Notes under the pieces: model-generated
The model's input: only the letters and a program-made list of their open reading frames with translations
What the model was told of the DNA's origin: nothing
The model's database searches: none
In this document: piece after piece, positions 19,736 through 28,867 of the stretch
Layout: every line of letters starts with the position of its first letter
How positions within the stretch are numbered: position 1 is the stretch's first letter
Source: Chthoniobacterales bacterium
GTDB taxonomy: Bacteria > Verrucomicrobiota > Verrucomicrobiia > Chthoniobacterales > DASVRZ01
Assembly (NCBI GenBank): GCA_036525185.1
Contig: DATDAW010000029.1
Span: 13,162 to 77,161, forward strand
Reading direction: 5' to 3'
DNA: 64,000 nucleotides
Translations under genes and position numbers: made by a program

Positions 19736-19906
19736 AAGTGTCACACGGAGACACGGAGGACACGGAGATTTTTCAGATCGTTGAAGGCGGCGACCGACGC
19801 GCTTCAAAATAGAATCGACGGACAGAGTGGGCACATCGCGTTTGGCGGAGTCTCCGACCTTTGCTCCTGATGATCGCCGTGTCCTCCGCACCTCCGTGTG
19901 ACACTT
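19736..19906. repeat. Long imperfect intergenic palindrome with tandem-word arms
   Basis: Arm aagtgtcacacggagacacggaggacacgg (19736-19765) is complementary to ccgtgtcctccgcacctccgtgtgacactt (19877-19906) at 27 of 30 positions. The spacer is ~111 nt. The arms are iterations of cacggag. Confidence 0.75.
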
Positions 19907-19907
19907 T

Positions 19908-20846
19908 TTATCCCGCAAACGGCGCCGACTCGATGGCGTGGGTAATGTCGATGGCTAATTCCAGCGCGGCGGCGGCTTCGTTTCCCGATACTTTGGGTTG
20001 CGTTCCCGCCCGGCTGCATTCGACGAAACTTTGGAGTTGGCGTTTTAGCGGTTCATCCCGTTCAATGGGAACGACTTCCCTCGAAATGGCGAATCCGTTT
20101 TTTCGATAGATTTCCCCGGCTTGATTCCCGTAATCGAGCGACAAATAAGCATCTTCCTGAAAGACCCGGATTTTCCGCATTTTTTCGGGACTGATCCGGC
20201 TGGCGGTGACGTTGGCGACGCAGCCGTTTTCGAAACGGATCCGGGCGTTCGCAATGTCCTCGCGCTTGCTGAGCACCGGCACGCCGACGGCGTCGATGGA
20301 TTTCACAGGTGATTTCACCAGATGCAAAATGACTTCCAGATCGTGAATCATCAGATCGAGCACGACACCGATTTCGGTGCTGCGATTTGGGTAAGGGCTG
20401 AGCCGGTGGGCTTCGATGAACCGTGGGTGGGTCAAGTGCGTTTCGAGCACACCGAGCACGGGGTTAAAGCGCTCCACATGACCGACTTGCAAAACGAGTT
20501 TTTTTTCGAGCGCGAGCGCGACCAGCGCCTGTGCATCTGCGGTCGTTTCGGTGATCGGCTTTTCAATGAGCAGGTGTTTTCCGCGTTCCAGTAAAAATGT
20601 TCCCGTTTTGAAATGAAACGGTGTTGGGGTTGCGACCGACGCGCAATCCACCGAGGCGACGAATTCGTCCAATGACGTGACGGCTGTCGCGCCGTAAAGG
20701 CCGGCGATTTCCTGCGCTGCGGCGGCGTTCGTATCAAAGACAGCGGAAAACTGGCTATCCCCAGCGGCGGCGAGTTCGGAGTAAATGCGGGCGTGATTTT
20801 TCCCGATATGCCCCACGCCGACGATCCCGGTTCGGATTTTGCTCAT
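19908..20846 (-). CDS. Gfo/Idh/MocA-family NAD-dependent oxidoreductase
   Basis: Rossmann N-terminus IRTGIVGVGHIGKNHARIY; typical family length. Lies directly upstream of lpxB. Confidence 0.88.
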   Translation of the reverse strand: MSKIRTGIVGVGHIGKNHARIYSELAAAGDSQFSAVFDTNAAAAQEIAGLYGATAVTSLDEFVASVDCASVATPTPFHFKTGTFLLERGKHLLIEKPITETTADAQALVALALEKKLVLQVGHVERFNPVLGVLETHLTHPRFIEAHRLSPYPNRSTEIGVVLDLMIHDLEVILHLVKSPVKSIDAVGVPVLSKREDIANARIRFENGCVANVTASRISPEKMRKIRVFQEDAYLSLDYGNQAGEIYRKNGFAISREVVPIERDEPLKRQLQSFVECSRAGTQPKVSGNEAAAALELAIDITHAIESAPFAG

Positions 20847-20985
20847 ATCGCGTCCAGTTCAGCAGAAACCCAACGGGAGGAAACGTGAAAATGTCGGGCG
20901 CTCGTACGTTCGCGCTCAAATTCAGTCTGATACATGTAGAATTTCCTTTGTGCCCGCGCCAGGCTTTGGGCTGAATAACGCGCTC

Positions 20986-21378
20986 ATGCTGAAATCCTAC
21001 ATCGCGGTGATGGTGGTCGGCGCGTTCGGATGCGCGGCGCGGATGTGGCTGTCGAACTTCCTGGGGGAAAAATACGGCACGACGTTTCCGGTCGGGACGC
21101 TTGTGGTGAACATTCTGGGCTGTTTCGTGATTGGCGTTTTCGCGGGGTTAACCCGACCGGATGGCGGTTGGGTGGTGCCGGCAATGGTCCGCCAGGCGGT
21201 GATGATTGGTTTTCTGGGCGGGTTTACGACGTTTTCGTCGTTTAGTCTGCAAACACTGGCATTGCTGGATGATCGGGAGTGGGGTTTTGCGGCGTTGAAT
21301 GTCGGGTTATCGGTGGGGCTGTGCATGATCGCTGTCTGGCTGGGGCAGACGCTCGCATTGCAGGCAACGCGCAGTTAG
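20986..21378 (+). CDS. crcB: Fluoride ion channel CrcB/FluC
   Basis: Four-TM ~130 aa protein with GTLVVNILGCFVIG and GFLGGFTTFSSF motifs. ATG at 20986. Confidence 0.9.
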   Translation: MLKSYIAVMVVGAFGCAARMWLSNFLGEKYGTTFPVGTLVVNILGCFVIGVFAGLTRPDGGWVVPAMVRQAVMIGFLGGFTTFSSFSLQTLALLDDREWGFAALNVGLSVGLCMIAVWLGQTLALQATRS

Positions 21379-21425
21379 TTTTAGTCCGCGCTACTCCAGC
21401 GGACGCGAAGGCGCAGAGATAGAGG

Positions 21426-22946
21426 TTAAACGAGCTGCAAAATCTCGTTGGCTCGTCGATCGAGTTCGCAGAAACGGTCGGCGTTTTCAGGAAGTTTGAT
21501 GTCCTCGTCCCAAGTTGGGACCATCGCTTCCAGGCGACTTTTACCCTCCTCAGTCTCCAGCAAATGCGGGAAGCACGTTTTGATGACCTCGAGCACGATG
21601 TGCACGGAGGTGGACGCCCCGGGCGACGCCCCAAGCAATGCAGAAATCGTGCGATCGGCATTCGTGATGACCTCGGTGCCGTAGTGAACGATGCCGGCCT
21701 CGCCGTCCGTTTTCTTGATCGCCTGCACGCGGATGCCGGCATCGACCAGTTTCCAATCCTCGGGTTTTGCCGCCGGATAGAAAATGTGGAGCACTTCCAT
21801 GCGATCAGCCATGCTCTGCGTTCCTTGCTGAACGAGGTAACGGACCAGCTCAACGTTGCGAATGCCGATGTTGATGAGCGTCGCAAGGTTGTCGGGCTTT
21901 ATGGAGCGAGGGAGATCCGTCCAGCTCCCTTTCTCGTTGAGAAACTTTGTCGTCCACGCCGCGAAAGGACCGAAAAGCAGCGTTTTCGTGCCATCCAGAA
22001 TGCGCGTATCGAGGTGTGGAACGGCCATGGTTGGTGCGGCGTCAAGCGCCTGACCGTAAACCTTCGCCCGATGTTTTTTGACGATCTCCGGATTTTCGCA
22101 GACGAGCCATTGCCCGCCGATGGGAAAACCACCGAGCCCTTTGCTTTCGGCGATGCCGGATTTCTGAAGCAGCGGGAGACTGCCCCCTCCTGCACCGACG
22201 AAGACAAATCTCGCCGAGTTTTTGCGAATCTCTCCTGTCTTGAGATCCTTGATATCGAGTTCCCACCGCTCGCTGGCCCTGTTAAGGCGTCGCGTTCGCC
22301 GGATCCCGACCACGCGATGACTGGTGGCGATGCCGCAGCCATCCTGTCGGGCGAGCCAGCCGAGGAGTTTGCGTGAGAGATTGCCGAAATTGATGTCTGT
22401 CCCGCCGTCCATCTTCGTCGCGGCAATAGCGACCTCCGCAGCACGAGCCTCCAACAAAAGTGGCGCCCAGTCCGCAATCGTCGAGCGGTTGGTTGTGTAT
22501 TCCATTTCGCGGAAAAAATGGTGGGCGGACATGGCCGCGTGACGCGCCCTAAGGAAATCGACCTGTTGCGGGCCGTGCACGAAGCTCAGATGCGGGACAG
22601 GATTGATGAATTCGCCGGGGTTTTCGATCATGCCCTCAGCGACGGCGTAGCTCCAAAATAGTTTCGAGCGCTCAAATTGCTCGAAAACCTCGATTGCTTT
22701 TTTGACGTTGACCGAACCATCGGCTTCGCGGTGCGGGGTGTAGCTCAATTCGCAGATTCCGGCATGCCCTGTGCCGGCGTTGTTCCAGCCGTGAGAGCTC
22801 TCCTGGGCCAATTCTTCGGTGACCTCATAGACCTGAAGCGAGAGCTGTGGATCGAGTCGTTTCAGAAGTGCGCCGAGATTGGCCGACATGACGCCGCTGC
22901 CGATCAGGATGGCATCGGGGCGCTCGATATGATTGGAGTCGCTCAT
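21426..22946 (-). CDS. mqo: Malate:quinone oxidoreductase
   Basis: FAD loop DAILIGSGVMSANLGALL; ~500 aa Mqo body (WNNAGTGHAG, FVGAGGGSLPLLQKSG). Confidence 0.92.
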   Translation of the reverse strand: MSDSNHIERPDAILIGSGVMSANLGALLKRLDPQLSLQVYEVTEELAQESSHGWNNAGTGHAGICELSYTPHREADGSVNVKKAIEVFEQFERSKLFWSYAVAEGMIENPGEFINPVPHLSFVHGPQQVDFLRARHAAMSAHHFFREMEYTTNRSTIADWAPLLLEARAAEVAIAATKMDGGTDINFGNLSRKLLGWLARQDGCGIATSHRVVGIRRTRRLNRASERWELDIKDLKTGEIRKNSARFVFVGAGGGSLPLLQKSGIAESKGLGGFPIGGQWLVCENPEIVKKHRAKVYGQALDAAPTMAVPHLDTRILDGTKTLLFGPFAAWTTKFLNEKGSWTDLPRSIKPDNLATLINIGIRNVELVRYLVQQGTQSMADRMEVLHIFYPAAKPEDWKLVDAGIRVQAIKKTDGEAGIVHYGTEVITNADRTISALLGASPGASTSVHIVLEVIKTCFPHLLETEEGKSRLEAMVPTWDEDIKLPENADRFCELDRRANEILQLV

Positions 22947-23163
22947 AAAGGGGAGTCTTCTTGATACGGCAATGGCTGCGTCGCGCAAGTCGTTAGTGCG
23001 TTTATTTCAGGAGAAATAGTTTGCTGTGCAGTCAGCGCAATGCTGCCGGGATTCGCGCTTTAGCTTCGAGAATATTCAATGCTATGAAGTCTTCACCGGA
23101 CGTATCGTCAAATCATCCGGATGTGGACTCATTACGAATCAACAACAAAAACAGCCAACCTGA

Positions 23164-23550
23164 ATGACCATTTCTGGAATCCACCACGTCGCCATTATTT
23201 GTTCGGACTACCCCGCCTCGAAACGCTTTTACACCGAGATACTGCCGTTCTCGATTGTTTCGGAAGTGTATCGCGCTGAGCGCCAATCCTGGAAACTTGA
23301 CTTGCAGATCGGTGACGGCGCGCAAATCGAGCTGTTTTCCTTTCCCGAAAGGCCCCCGCGGCCGTCGTATCCCGAGGCGCGCGGATTACGTCATCTGGCT
23401 TTCAGCGTTCCCGACATTGACGCAGCGGTATTGAGTCTCACGCAGAAAGGTGTCGTGACGGAACCAATTCGCGTCGATCCCGTTACCGGGCAACGCTTTA
23501 CGTTTTTCGCCGATCCCGACGGGTTGCCGCTTGAACTGTATGAACAGTGA
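23164..23550 (+). CDS. VOC/glyoxalase-family protein (YaeR-like)
   Basis: ISGIHHVAIICSDY...SKRFYTEIL, GLRHLAF, DPDGLPLELYE. Confidence 0.85.
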   Translation: MTISGIHHVAIICSDYPASKRFYTEILPFSIVSEVYRAERQSWKLDLQIGDGAQIELFSFPERPPRPSYPEARGLRHLAFSVPDIDAAVLSLTQKGVVTEPIRVDPVTGQRFTFFADPDGLPLELYEQ

Positions 23551-23980
23551 ACTCCAAATCCGTCCCTTTCGTCCGGCTGACGAGGAAACGGTCATTTCGA
23601 TCTGGCGCATTTGCAATTTGCTTGTCGCTCCGCATAACCAACCCGCCCGCGATATCGCGCGCAAACTGGCGCATAGCCCGGAGCTTTTCCTCGTTGGCGA
23701 GTTCGGCGACCGTATCGCCGCCACCTGCATGGCCGGTTACGAAGGTCACCGCGGCTGGATTAACTATCTCGCCGTCCATCCCGATTTCCAGCGGCGGGGT
23801 TTTGCCGCGGCTATAATGGCGCACGCCGAACGCCTACTCCGCGACCGCCGGTGCCTGAAGATCAATCTCCAAATCCGTGAGACCAACACGCAGGTGATCG
23901 ATTTCTACAGATCCATCGGCTTCAGCATCGATCCCGTTATTAGCATGGGCAAAAAGCTGGAAGCGGGCCAACCTTGTTAG
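23540..23980 (+). CDS. GNAT-family N-acetyltransferase (YpeA-like)
   Basis: GWINYLAVHPDFQRRGFAAAIMAHAE acetyl-CoA site. ATG at 23540 overlaps the upstream gene by 11 nt. Confidence 0.85.
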   Translation: MNSELQIRPFRPADEETVISIWRICNLLVAPHNQPARDIARKLAHSPELFLVGEFGDRIAATCMAGYEGHRGWINYLAVHPDFQRRGFAAAIMAHAERLLRDRRCLKINLQIRETNTQVIDFYRSIGFSIDPVISMGKKLEAGQPC

Positions 23981-24191
23981 TTTCTGCGTACGTCTCATAT
24001 CTTACCGCGATCACTACCGTTTCAACGAATGGATCAATTGATCCGTTCAGACTGTCAGCCCGTTCGACGGCTCCCTCTTTTTGCGAGGGAGTCTGGGCAG
24101 TCTCGTCCGGACTTGGATCGTCCCGCTTCGCAAGCCACGTCTAAACGAACACCGACTCGAAACCGTCCTTGCTGTGTTTCCGCTACTTTAT

Positions 24192-25397
24192 TCAGACGCA
24201 CTCGTATCCGGCGGCTTCGAGTTTTTCCTTCAATTCTGCGAGATGGCTGCGGCGTTTGGTTTCGATCGTGCAGATGACATGGACGGCAGAAACATCGGGA
24301 CCGCCGAAGGCGCGGTCGTGGACGATTTCGATGACGTTGGCGCCCGCGTCGGCGAGGCAGCGGGTGAGTCCGGCCAAACCACCGGGTCGGTCGGAAACGC
24401 GCGTCCGGATACGGGCGAGGCGGCCGTCGGCGACGAGACCTTTTTCGATGACGCGGCTGAGAACGAGCGGGTCGATGTTGCCGCCGCAGAGGGGTAGAAC
24501 GACGGTTTTGCCTGCCAGTTCGGGCAGCTTCCCGCTCAGCAATGCGGCAAGCGGGGAGGCGCCGGCGCCTTCGACGACGCTTTTTTCAATTTCGACCAGG
24601 CGCAGGACAGCGAGAGCGATCTGGTCTTCGGAAACGGTGATGACTTTTTCCAGATGCTCCTTGGCGATCTCAAAAGCGAGATCGCCGACGGGAACGACCG
24701 CAAGGCCGTCGGCCAGGGTGGGGCGCGACGGGATGTTGCAGACAGCGTTTTGCGCAAGCGCAGCGGAAAAGCTGGCCACGTTCTCGGGTTCAACACCGTA
24801 GATTTTGACGTTGGGACGCCGTGAATGGATGGCGAGCCCGACGCCCGCGATTAAACCGCCGCCGCCAATGGGGACGATGACAGCCTCGACTTCAGGTGTC
24901 TGATCAATGATTTCGAGTCCGAGTGTGCCCTGGCCGGCGATGATCTCGGGATCGTTGTAGCCGTTGATGTAGCGCAGGCTTCGTTCCTGCCCAAGGCGAT
25001 GGGCGTGTTGTCTGGCTTCTTCGAAAGTCGCGCCGTGGAGAATGACGTGGGCGCCCATTTGCTCGCACGTAGTGATTTTGATGAGCGGTGCCGCTTTGGG
25101 CATTACGACTGTGACCGGTATGCCAAGCAATCCACCGTGCCACGCGAGTCCAAGAGCGTGGTTGCCCGCAGACGCCGCAATGACTCCGAGCCGGCGCTGC
25201 TCCGGAGTGAGAGCTAGTAGGGCATATCGGGCGCCACGTTCCTTGAAACTACCCGTGCGCTGCAGGTTTTCGAACTTACAAAAAATCCGGCAGCCGGTGA
25301 TTTCGGAAAGCGGGATCGATTCAAGGCACGGCGTCCGAATGACGCTACCCGCGATCTTTGACTGCGCGTCTTCAATGTCGCGGATCGTTACGGGCAT
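24192..25397 (-). CDS. ilvA: Threonine ammonia-lyase (short form with one ACT-like domain)
   Basis: PLP fold: FENLQRTGSFKERGA, ASAGNHA, GGGGLIAG. C-terminal ACT-like regulatory domain. Confidence 0.9.
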   Translation of the reverse strand: MPVTIRDIEDAQSKIAGSVIRTPCLESIPLSEITGCRIFCKFENLQRTGSFKERGARYALLALTPEQRRLGVIAASAGNHALGLAWHGGLLGIPVTVVMPKAAPLIKITTCEQMGAHVILHGATFEEARQHAHRLGQERSLRYINGYNDPEIIAGQGTLGLEIIDQTPEVEAVIVPIGGGGLIAGVGLAIHSRRPNVKIYGVEPENVASFSAALAQNAVCNIPSRPTLADGLAVVPVGDLAFEIAKEHLEKVITVSEDQIALAVLRLVEIEKSVVEGAGASPLAALLSGKLPELAGKTVVLPLCGGNIDPLVLSRVIEKGLVADGRLARIRTRVSDRPGGLAGLTRCLADAGANVIEIVHDRAFGGPDVSAVHVICTIETKRRSHLAELKEKLEAAGYECV

Positions 25398-25412
25398 GAT
25401 CCGCGAGAGCTA

Positions 25413-26786
25413 TCAGATTTTTTCTGCGGCGACCAGGGCGGCTTCGTAGATGACGCGTAGCGGTTTCCCGCTGGACTCCGCGAGGGAACGGCATGATTCA
25501 AATTCGGGGGCGCGCTGGACAATTTGGCCATGGAGGAAGCCGAGCTTGATTTTGACCGGACCGAATTCAGTGACGGTTTCGCGGATCTCGCGGGCGAGTT
25601 TCACGCGCGACTTTTGGCTGGTTCGAACGCCAAAAGAGGAAGTTTCGCGGAAAATCAGGTCGATGAGCGCGGGGGCCACGGCGGGTTCGGCCAAAACGGT
25701 GAGGAGCACGCCCGGCCGGTTCTTTTTCATCTGGACCGGTGTCAGAAACGCGTCGAGCGCGCCGGCACCGAGGAGGCGATCAACGATGGCGCCGGTCAGC
25801 TCAGGAGAGAGATCGTCGATGTTGGTCTCGATCTGCGTGATGGTATCTGTTGTTGGGGAGCTTTCCGGCTCGATCTCGGCGAGGATGGCGCGAAGGACAT
25901 TCGGGCGGTCGGGCAGATAGCGGGAACCGACGCCGTAGCCGATTTTTTGGACTTTGAGCGGCGGCATCATGCTGAATCCCGTGCCGAATTCTGCCAGAAT
26001 TCCTGCGCCGGTGGGGGTGATGAGTTCGAAAGGAACATCGGTCTGAGTAACGGGAATGCCGGCGAGGATTTCCAAGGTGGCAGGGCCCGGAATCGGGAGG
26101 CGTCCGTGGGCGCATTGAATCCAGCCGGTGCCGTCGACGAGCTTGGAAACAATTACTTTCTCCACGCCGAGGGCTTCGATTCCGATGCAAGCGAAGAGGA
26201 TGTCCGCGATGGAATCGAGGGCACCGATTTCGTGAAACGCAACTTCCCCGGGTGGAACGCTATGGATTTTTCCTTCGGCAACGGCAATGCGCTCGAAAAT
26301 GGCGAGCGATTTTTCTTTTACGAAGGGAGAAAGATCGCTGGCGGAAATCAATTCGCGGATCTCGCGATGGCTGCGTCCATGGACGTGCTCGTCTTCGTCA
26401 TCGTCCTCGTCCTCATGATGGTGATGTGCATGATGGTCCTCCTCTTCCTCGTGATGGTGGTCATGGCCGTGATGGTGATGGCCGTGATTGTGTCCCTCGT
26501 CTTCCTCATGATCGTGCGTATGGCCATGGGCATGTTCGTGTTCTCCATGGGCGCCATGTCCGTGGTCCTTCGCGTGATCGACGTGGGTTGCGCCTTCGTG
26601 AATGGAAAAATGAATGCCTGTGATGCCGTGCCGGGACCCCTTCTCGAAATGCATATGAAAATCGCCGATATCGACCTTGGTCAGCTCCCATTCGAAGGTC
26701 GATGGCTGTACGCCGAGATCGGTCAACGCTCCCACCAGCATGTCGCCGCTGACACCAGAAAAACAGTCGAGATAGAGGACTTTCAT
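25413..26786 (-). CDS. larC: Nickel-pincer cofactor biosynthesis protein LarC (nickel insertion, DUF111) with a long His/Asp/Glu-rich insert
   Basis: MKVLYLDCFSGVSGDMLVGALTDLG N-terminus. His/acidic tract at about aa 67-137. Single uninterrupted ORF. Confidence 0.88.
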   Translation of the reverse strand: MKVLYLDCFSGVSGDMLVGALTDLGVQPSTFEWELTKVDIGDFHMHFEKGSRHGITGIHFSIHEGATHVDHAKDHGHGAHGEHEHAHGHTHDHEEDEGHNHGHHHHGHDHHHEEEEDHHAHHHHEDEDDDEDEHVHGRSHREIRELISASDLSPFVKEKSLAIFERIAVAEGKIHSVPPGEVAFHEIGALDSIADILFACIGIEALGVEKVIVSKLVDGTGWIQCAHGRLPIPGPATLEILAGIPVTQTDVPFELITPTGAGILAEFGTGFSMMPPLKVQKIGYGVGSRYLPDRPNVLRAILAEIEPESSPTTDTITQIETNIDDLSPELTGAIVDRLLGAGALDAFLTPVQMKKNRPGVLLTVLAEPAVAPALIDLIFRETSSFGVRTSQKSRVKLAREIRETVTEFGPVKIKLGFLHGQIVQRAPEFESCRSLAESSGKPLRVIYEAALVAAEKI

Positions 26787-27204
26787 GATTTTTGGGAAAA
26801 GAGAAAAGGGAGCCGCAGACTATAGCCGGCGGCCGAGCGTTGTCGAAAAGCAAAGCGGATGGTATCTGCGAGAACCAGCACGCACGTTCTCAGAAACGTC
26901 TGGGACCGATGAAGAGTTGATGGCGTTGCCGGATGAAGCCGGACAGCGTTACGAGGTTGTGGATGAGGAGTTAGTAGAAATGAGTCCTGCAGGCTACAAA
27001 CACGGCGAAATTCGTTCCAGATTGCTCATCGCCTTGCGCAACCCGGTCAATCCGCGCGAACTCGGTGAAGTTCTCGGCTTCAGCACGGGGTTCTGGATGG
27101 CCCGAGATAATTTCCGGGCACCTGACATCTCGGATATATCGCAGGAACGTCTCAACAGCTTGGGCGAAATCGAAGGCTTTTTTCGAATATGCGGAGCACG
27201 TTAA
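26785..27204 (+). pseudogene. Uma2-family (DUF820) endonuclease remnant, C-terminally truncated
   Basis: EELMALPDEAGQRYEVVDEELVEMSPAGYKHGEI matches the Uma2 N-terminal half. The ORF stops shortly after FRAPDISDIS, before the expected catalytic PD-(D/E)xK C-terminal part. The start is unclear. Confidence 0.5.
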
Positions 27205-27207
27205 AGG

Positions 27208-27939
27208 TTATTTGGAGAATGGCTCACGATTGACCTCCCGTAGCGAGAACGCGCCATCATAGAGCGCCTTGCCGATGATGGCGCCGTGGATGCCAGGGAT
27301 CGCCTGCAATTTGCGGACGTCATCCGCCGTGCCGACTCCGCCGCTGGCAATCAACTTAAGATCACCTCCGGTAGCTTTCAGCATTTCTTTCAATGCCGGG
27401 ATGTTCGGCCCTGTTAACATGCCGTCGGTCGCGATATCGGTATAAATGAGCGTGCGAACGCCGAGCGCGGCCATTTGCTTTGCTAGAGCAGTCGCCTTCA
27501 CTCCCGAGCCGGCCGTCCATCCACGCAGCGAAACCTCGCCGTCTTTGGCATCGATACCGACCGCGATTTTATCAGCGCCGAATGCAGCGATGAGGCTTGA
27601 AACGAACTCCGGCGCCTCGGCGGCTTTCGTGCCGACGACCACCCGTGCCACACCCGCGGTGAGTGCTTTGTCCACCGCCGCTAAAGACCGCATTCCGCCA
27701 CCGAGTTCGCACGGAATTTCCACGGCGTTCACAATCGCTTTTACGGTGTCCAGATTTCCAAATTCGCCGGAGAACGCCGCGTCCAGATCGACGATATGCA
27801 GCCAGTCGCCGCCTTCGGTCTCCCAGCGTTTCGCGAACGCCGGTGCGTCGCTGGAATAAACCGTTTTTTGATCCGCCCGCCCCTGCCGGAGCCGGACGAC
27901 CTCGCCATTCATTAAATCAATTGCTGGGAAAAGAAGCAT
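27208..27939 (-). CDS. hisA: ProFAR isomerase HisA
   Basis: LLFPAIDLMNGEVVRLRQG and C-terminal ASGGVGTADDV...GAIIGKALY. Confidence 0.93.
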   Translation of the reverse strand: MLLFPAIDLMNGEVVRLRQGRADQKTVYSSDAPAFAKRWETEGGDWLHIVDLDAAFSGEFGNLDTVKAIVNAVEIPCELGGGMRSLAAVDKALTAGVARVVVGTKAAEAPEFVSSLIAAFGADKIAVGIDAKDGEVSLRGWTAGSGVKATALAKQMAALGVRTLIYTDIATDGMLTGPNIPALKEMLKATGGDLKLIASGGVGTADDVRKLQAIPGIHGAIIGKALYDGAFSLREVNREPFSK

Positions 27940-28015
27940 CGTCGTTCAAGACTAAGGCGGAACTATCCCCGCGGATCAAGTCCTCATGAGCAAGCAGAGC
28001 AGAGGGAGTTCGTTA

Positions 28016-28858
28016 TCATGTCAGCCGAATATTATCGATTAACCGTGTTCGACCGAAGAACGCGGCCAGTGCCATGACGGCGGGGGGTTCGATGCGTGTC
28101 AGTTTTTCCAACGTCTCGGCGTGGACGATTTCGACGTAGTCGATTCTGGCTGGTGTTTCCCGTTCAATGAGGATGCGGGCGCGGCTGGTGACGGTATCAA
28201 CGGAGGTTTCGCCGGATTGCACGGATTCACGAGCCTGAACGAGGGCTTTTCTGAGGATAGGCGCGGCTTGCCGGTCCTCGGCGCTGAGATAGGTGTTGCG
28301 CGAACTAAGAGCCAGGCCATCGGGCTCGCGAACCGTGGGAACGCCGACGATTTTAATCGGGAAATTCAGATCACGAACCATGCGGCGGACGATGGCGAGT
28401 TGCTGATAGTCCTTTTCCCCAAAAACAGCGGCCTGCGGTTGCAGGATGTTGAATAATTTTGTTACGACTGTGCAAACACCGCGGAAATGGCCAGGCCGCG
28501 AGGCGCCGCAGAGACCGGCGCTCAGGCGTTGTTCATCGACGAAAGCGCTGTGATTGCCTGCGTACATTTCTTCCGGTGTAGGCGCAAAAACCAGGTCTAC
28601 GCCGAGTGCTTTGCAAAGACGGAGGTCAGCGGTTCGAGGGCGAGGGTAGGAATTGAGATCTTCGTTGGGGCCGAATTGGATGGGATTAACGAAGATGCTT
28701 ACCATAAGCGTGCCCTTCCTTCCTGCGAGCGTACGGGCCTTGCGTAGGAGTTCGGCGTGTCCCGCGTGCAGCGCGCCCATGGTTGGAACCAGGACGCGTG
28801 GTGAAGGGCCTTTTGCGGCGGCGCTTTGGGCAGTGTGTGTGGAGGAAATGGTACGCAT
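28016..28858 (-). CDS. panC: Pantoate--beta-alanine ligase
   Basis: VPTMGALHAGHAELL HIGH-type motif; FGEKDYQQL. Confidence 0.93.
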   Translation of the reverse strand: MRTISSTHTAQSAAAKGPSPRVLVPTMGALHAGHAELLRKARTLAGRKGTLMVSIFVNPIQFGPNEDLNSYPRPRTADLRLCKALGVDLVFAPTPEEMYAGNHSAFVDEQRLSAGLCGASRPGHFRGVCTVVTKLFNILQPQAAVFGEKDYQQLAIVRRMVRDLNFPIKIVGVPTVREPDGLALSSRNTYLSAEDRQAAPILRKALVQARESVQSGETSVDTVTSRARILIERETPARIDYVEIVHAETLEKLTRIEPPAVMALAAFFGRTRLIDNIRLT

Positions 28859-28867
28859 ATTGATGCA

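Noticed and set aside
20880-20985. Possible fluoride (crcB-motif) riboswitch upstream of crcB
   Set aside because: Only a CUGAU pentamer and a weak 4-bp hairpin resemble the consensus. The conserved GGnGAUGG...AACCGCC...CUGAUGAUnCCUAC elements and the pseudoknot complementarity are not present by eye. A cmsearch with Rfam RF01734 would settle it.
25524-26825. 433-aa plus-strand ORF, and smaller ORFs at 26252-26623 and 26348-26557
   Set aside because: These lie antisense or out of frame to larC. The odd MVMV/His-like repeats are just the His/Asp codon tract read in other frames.
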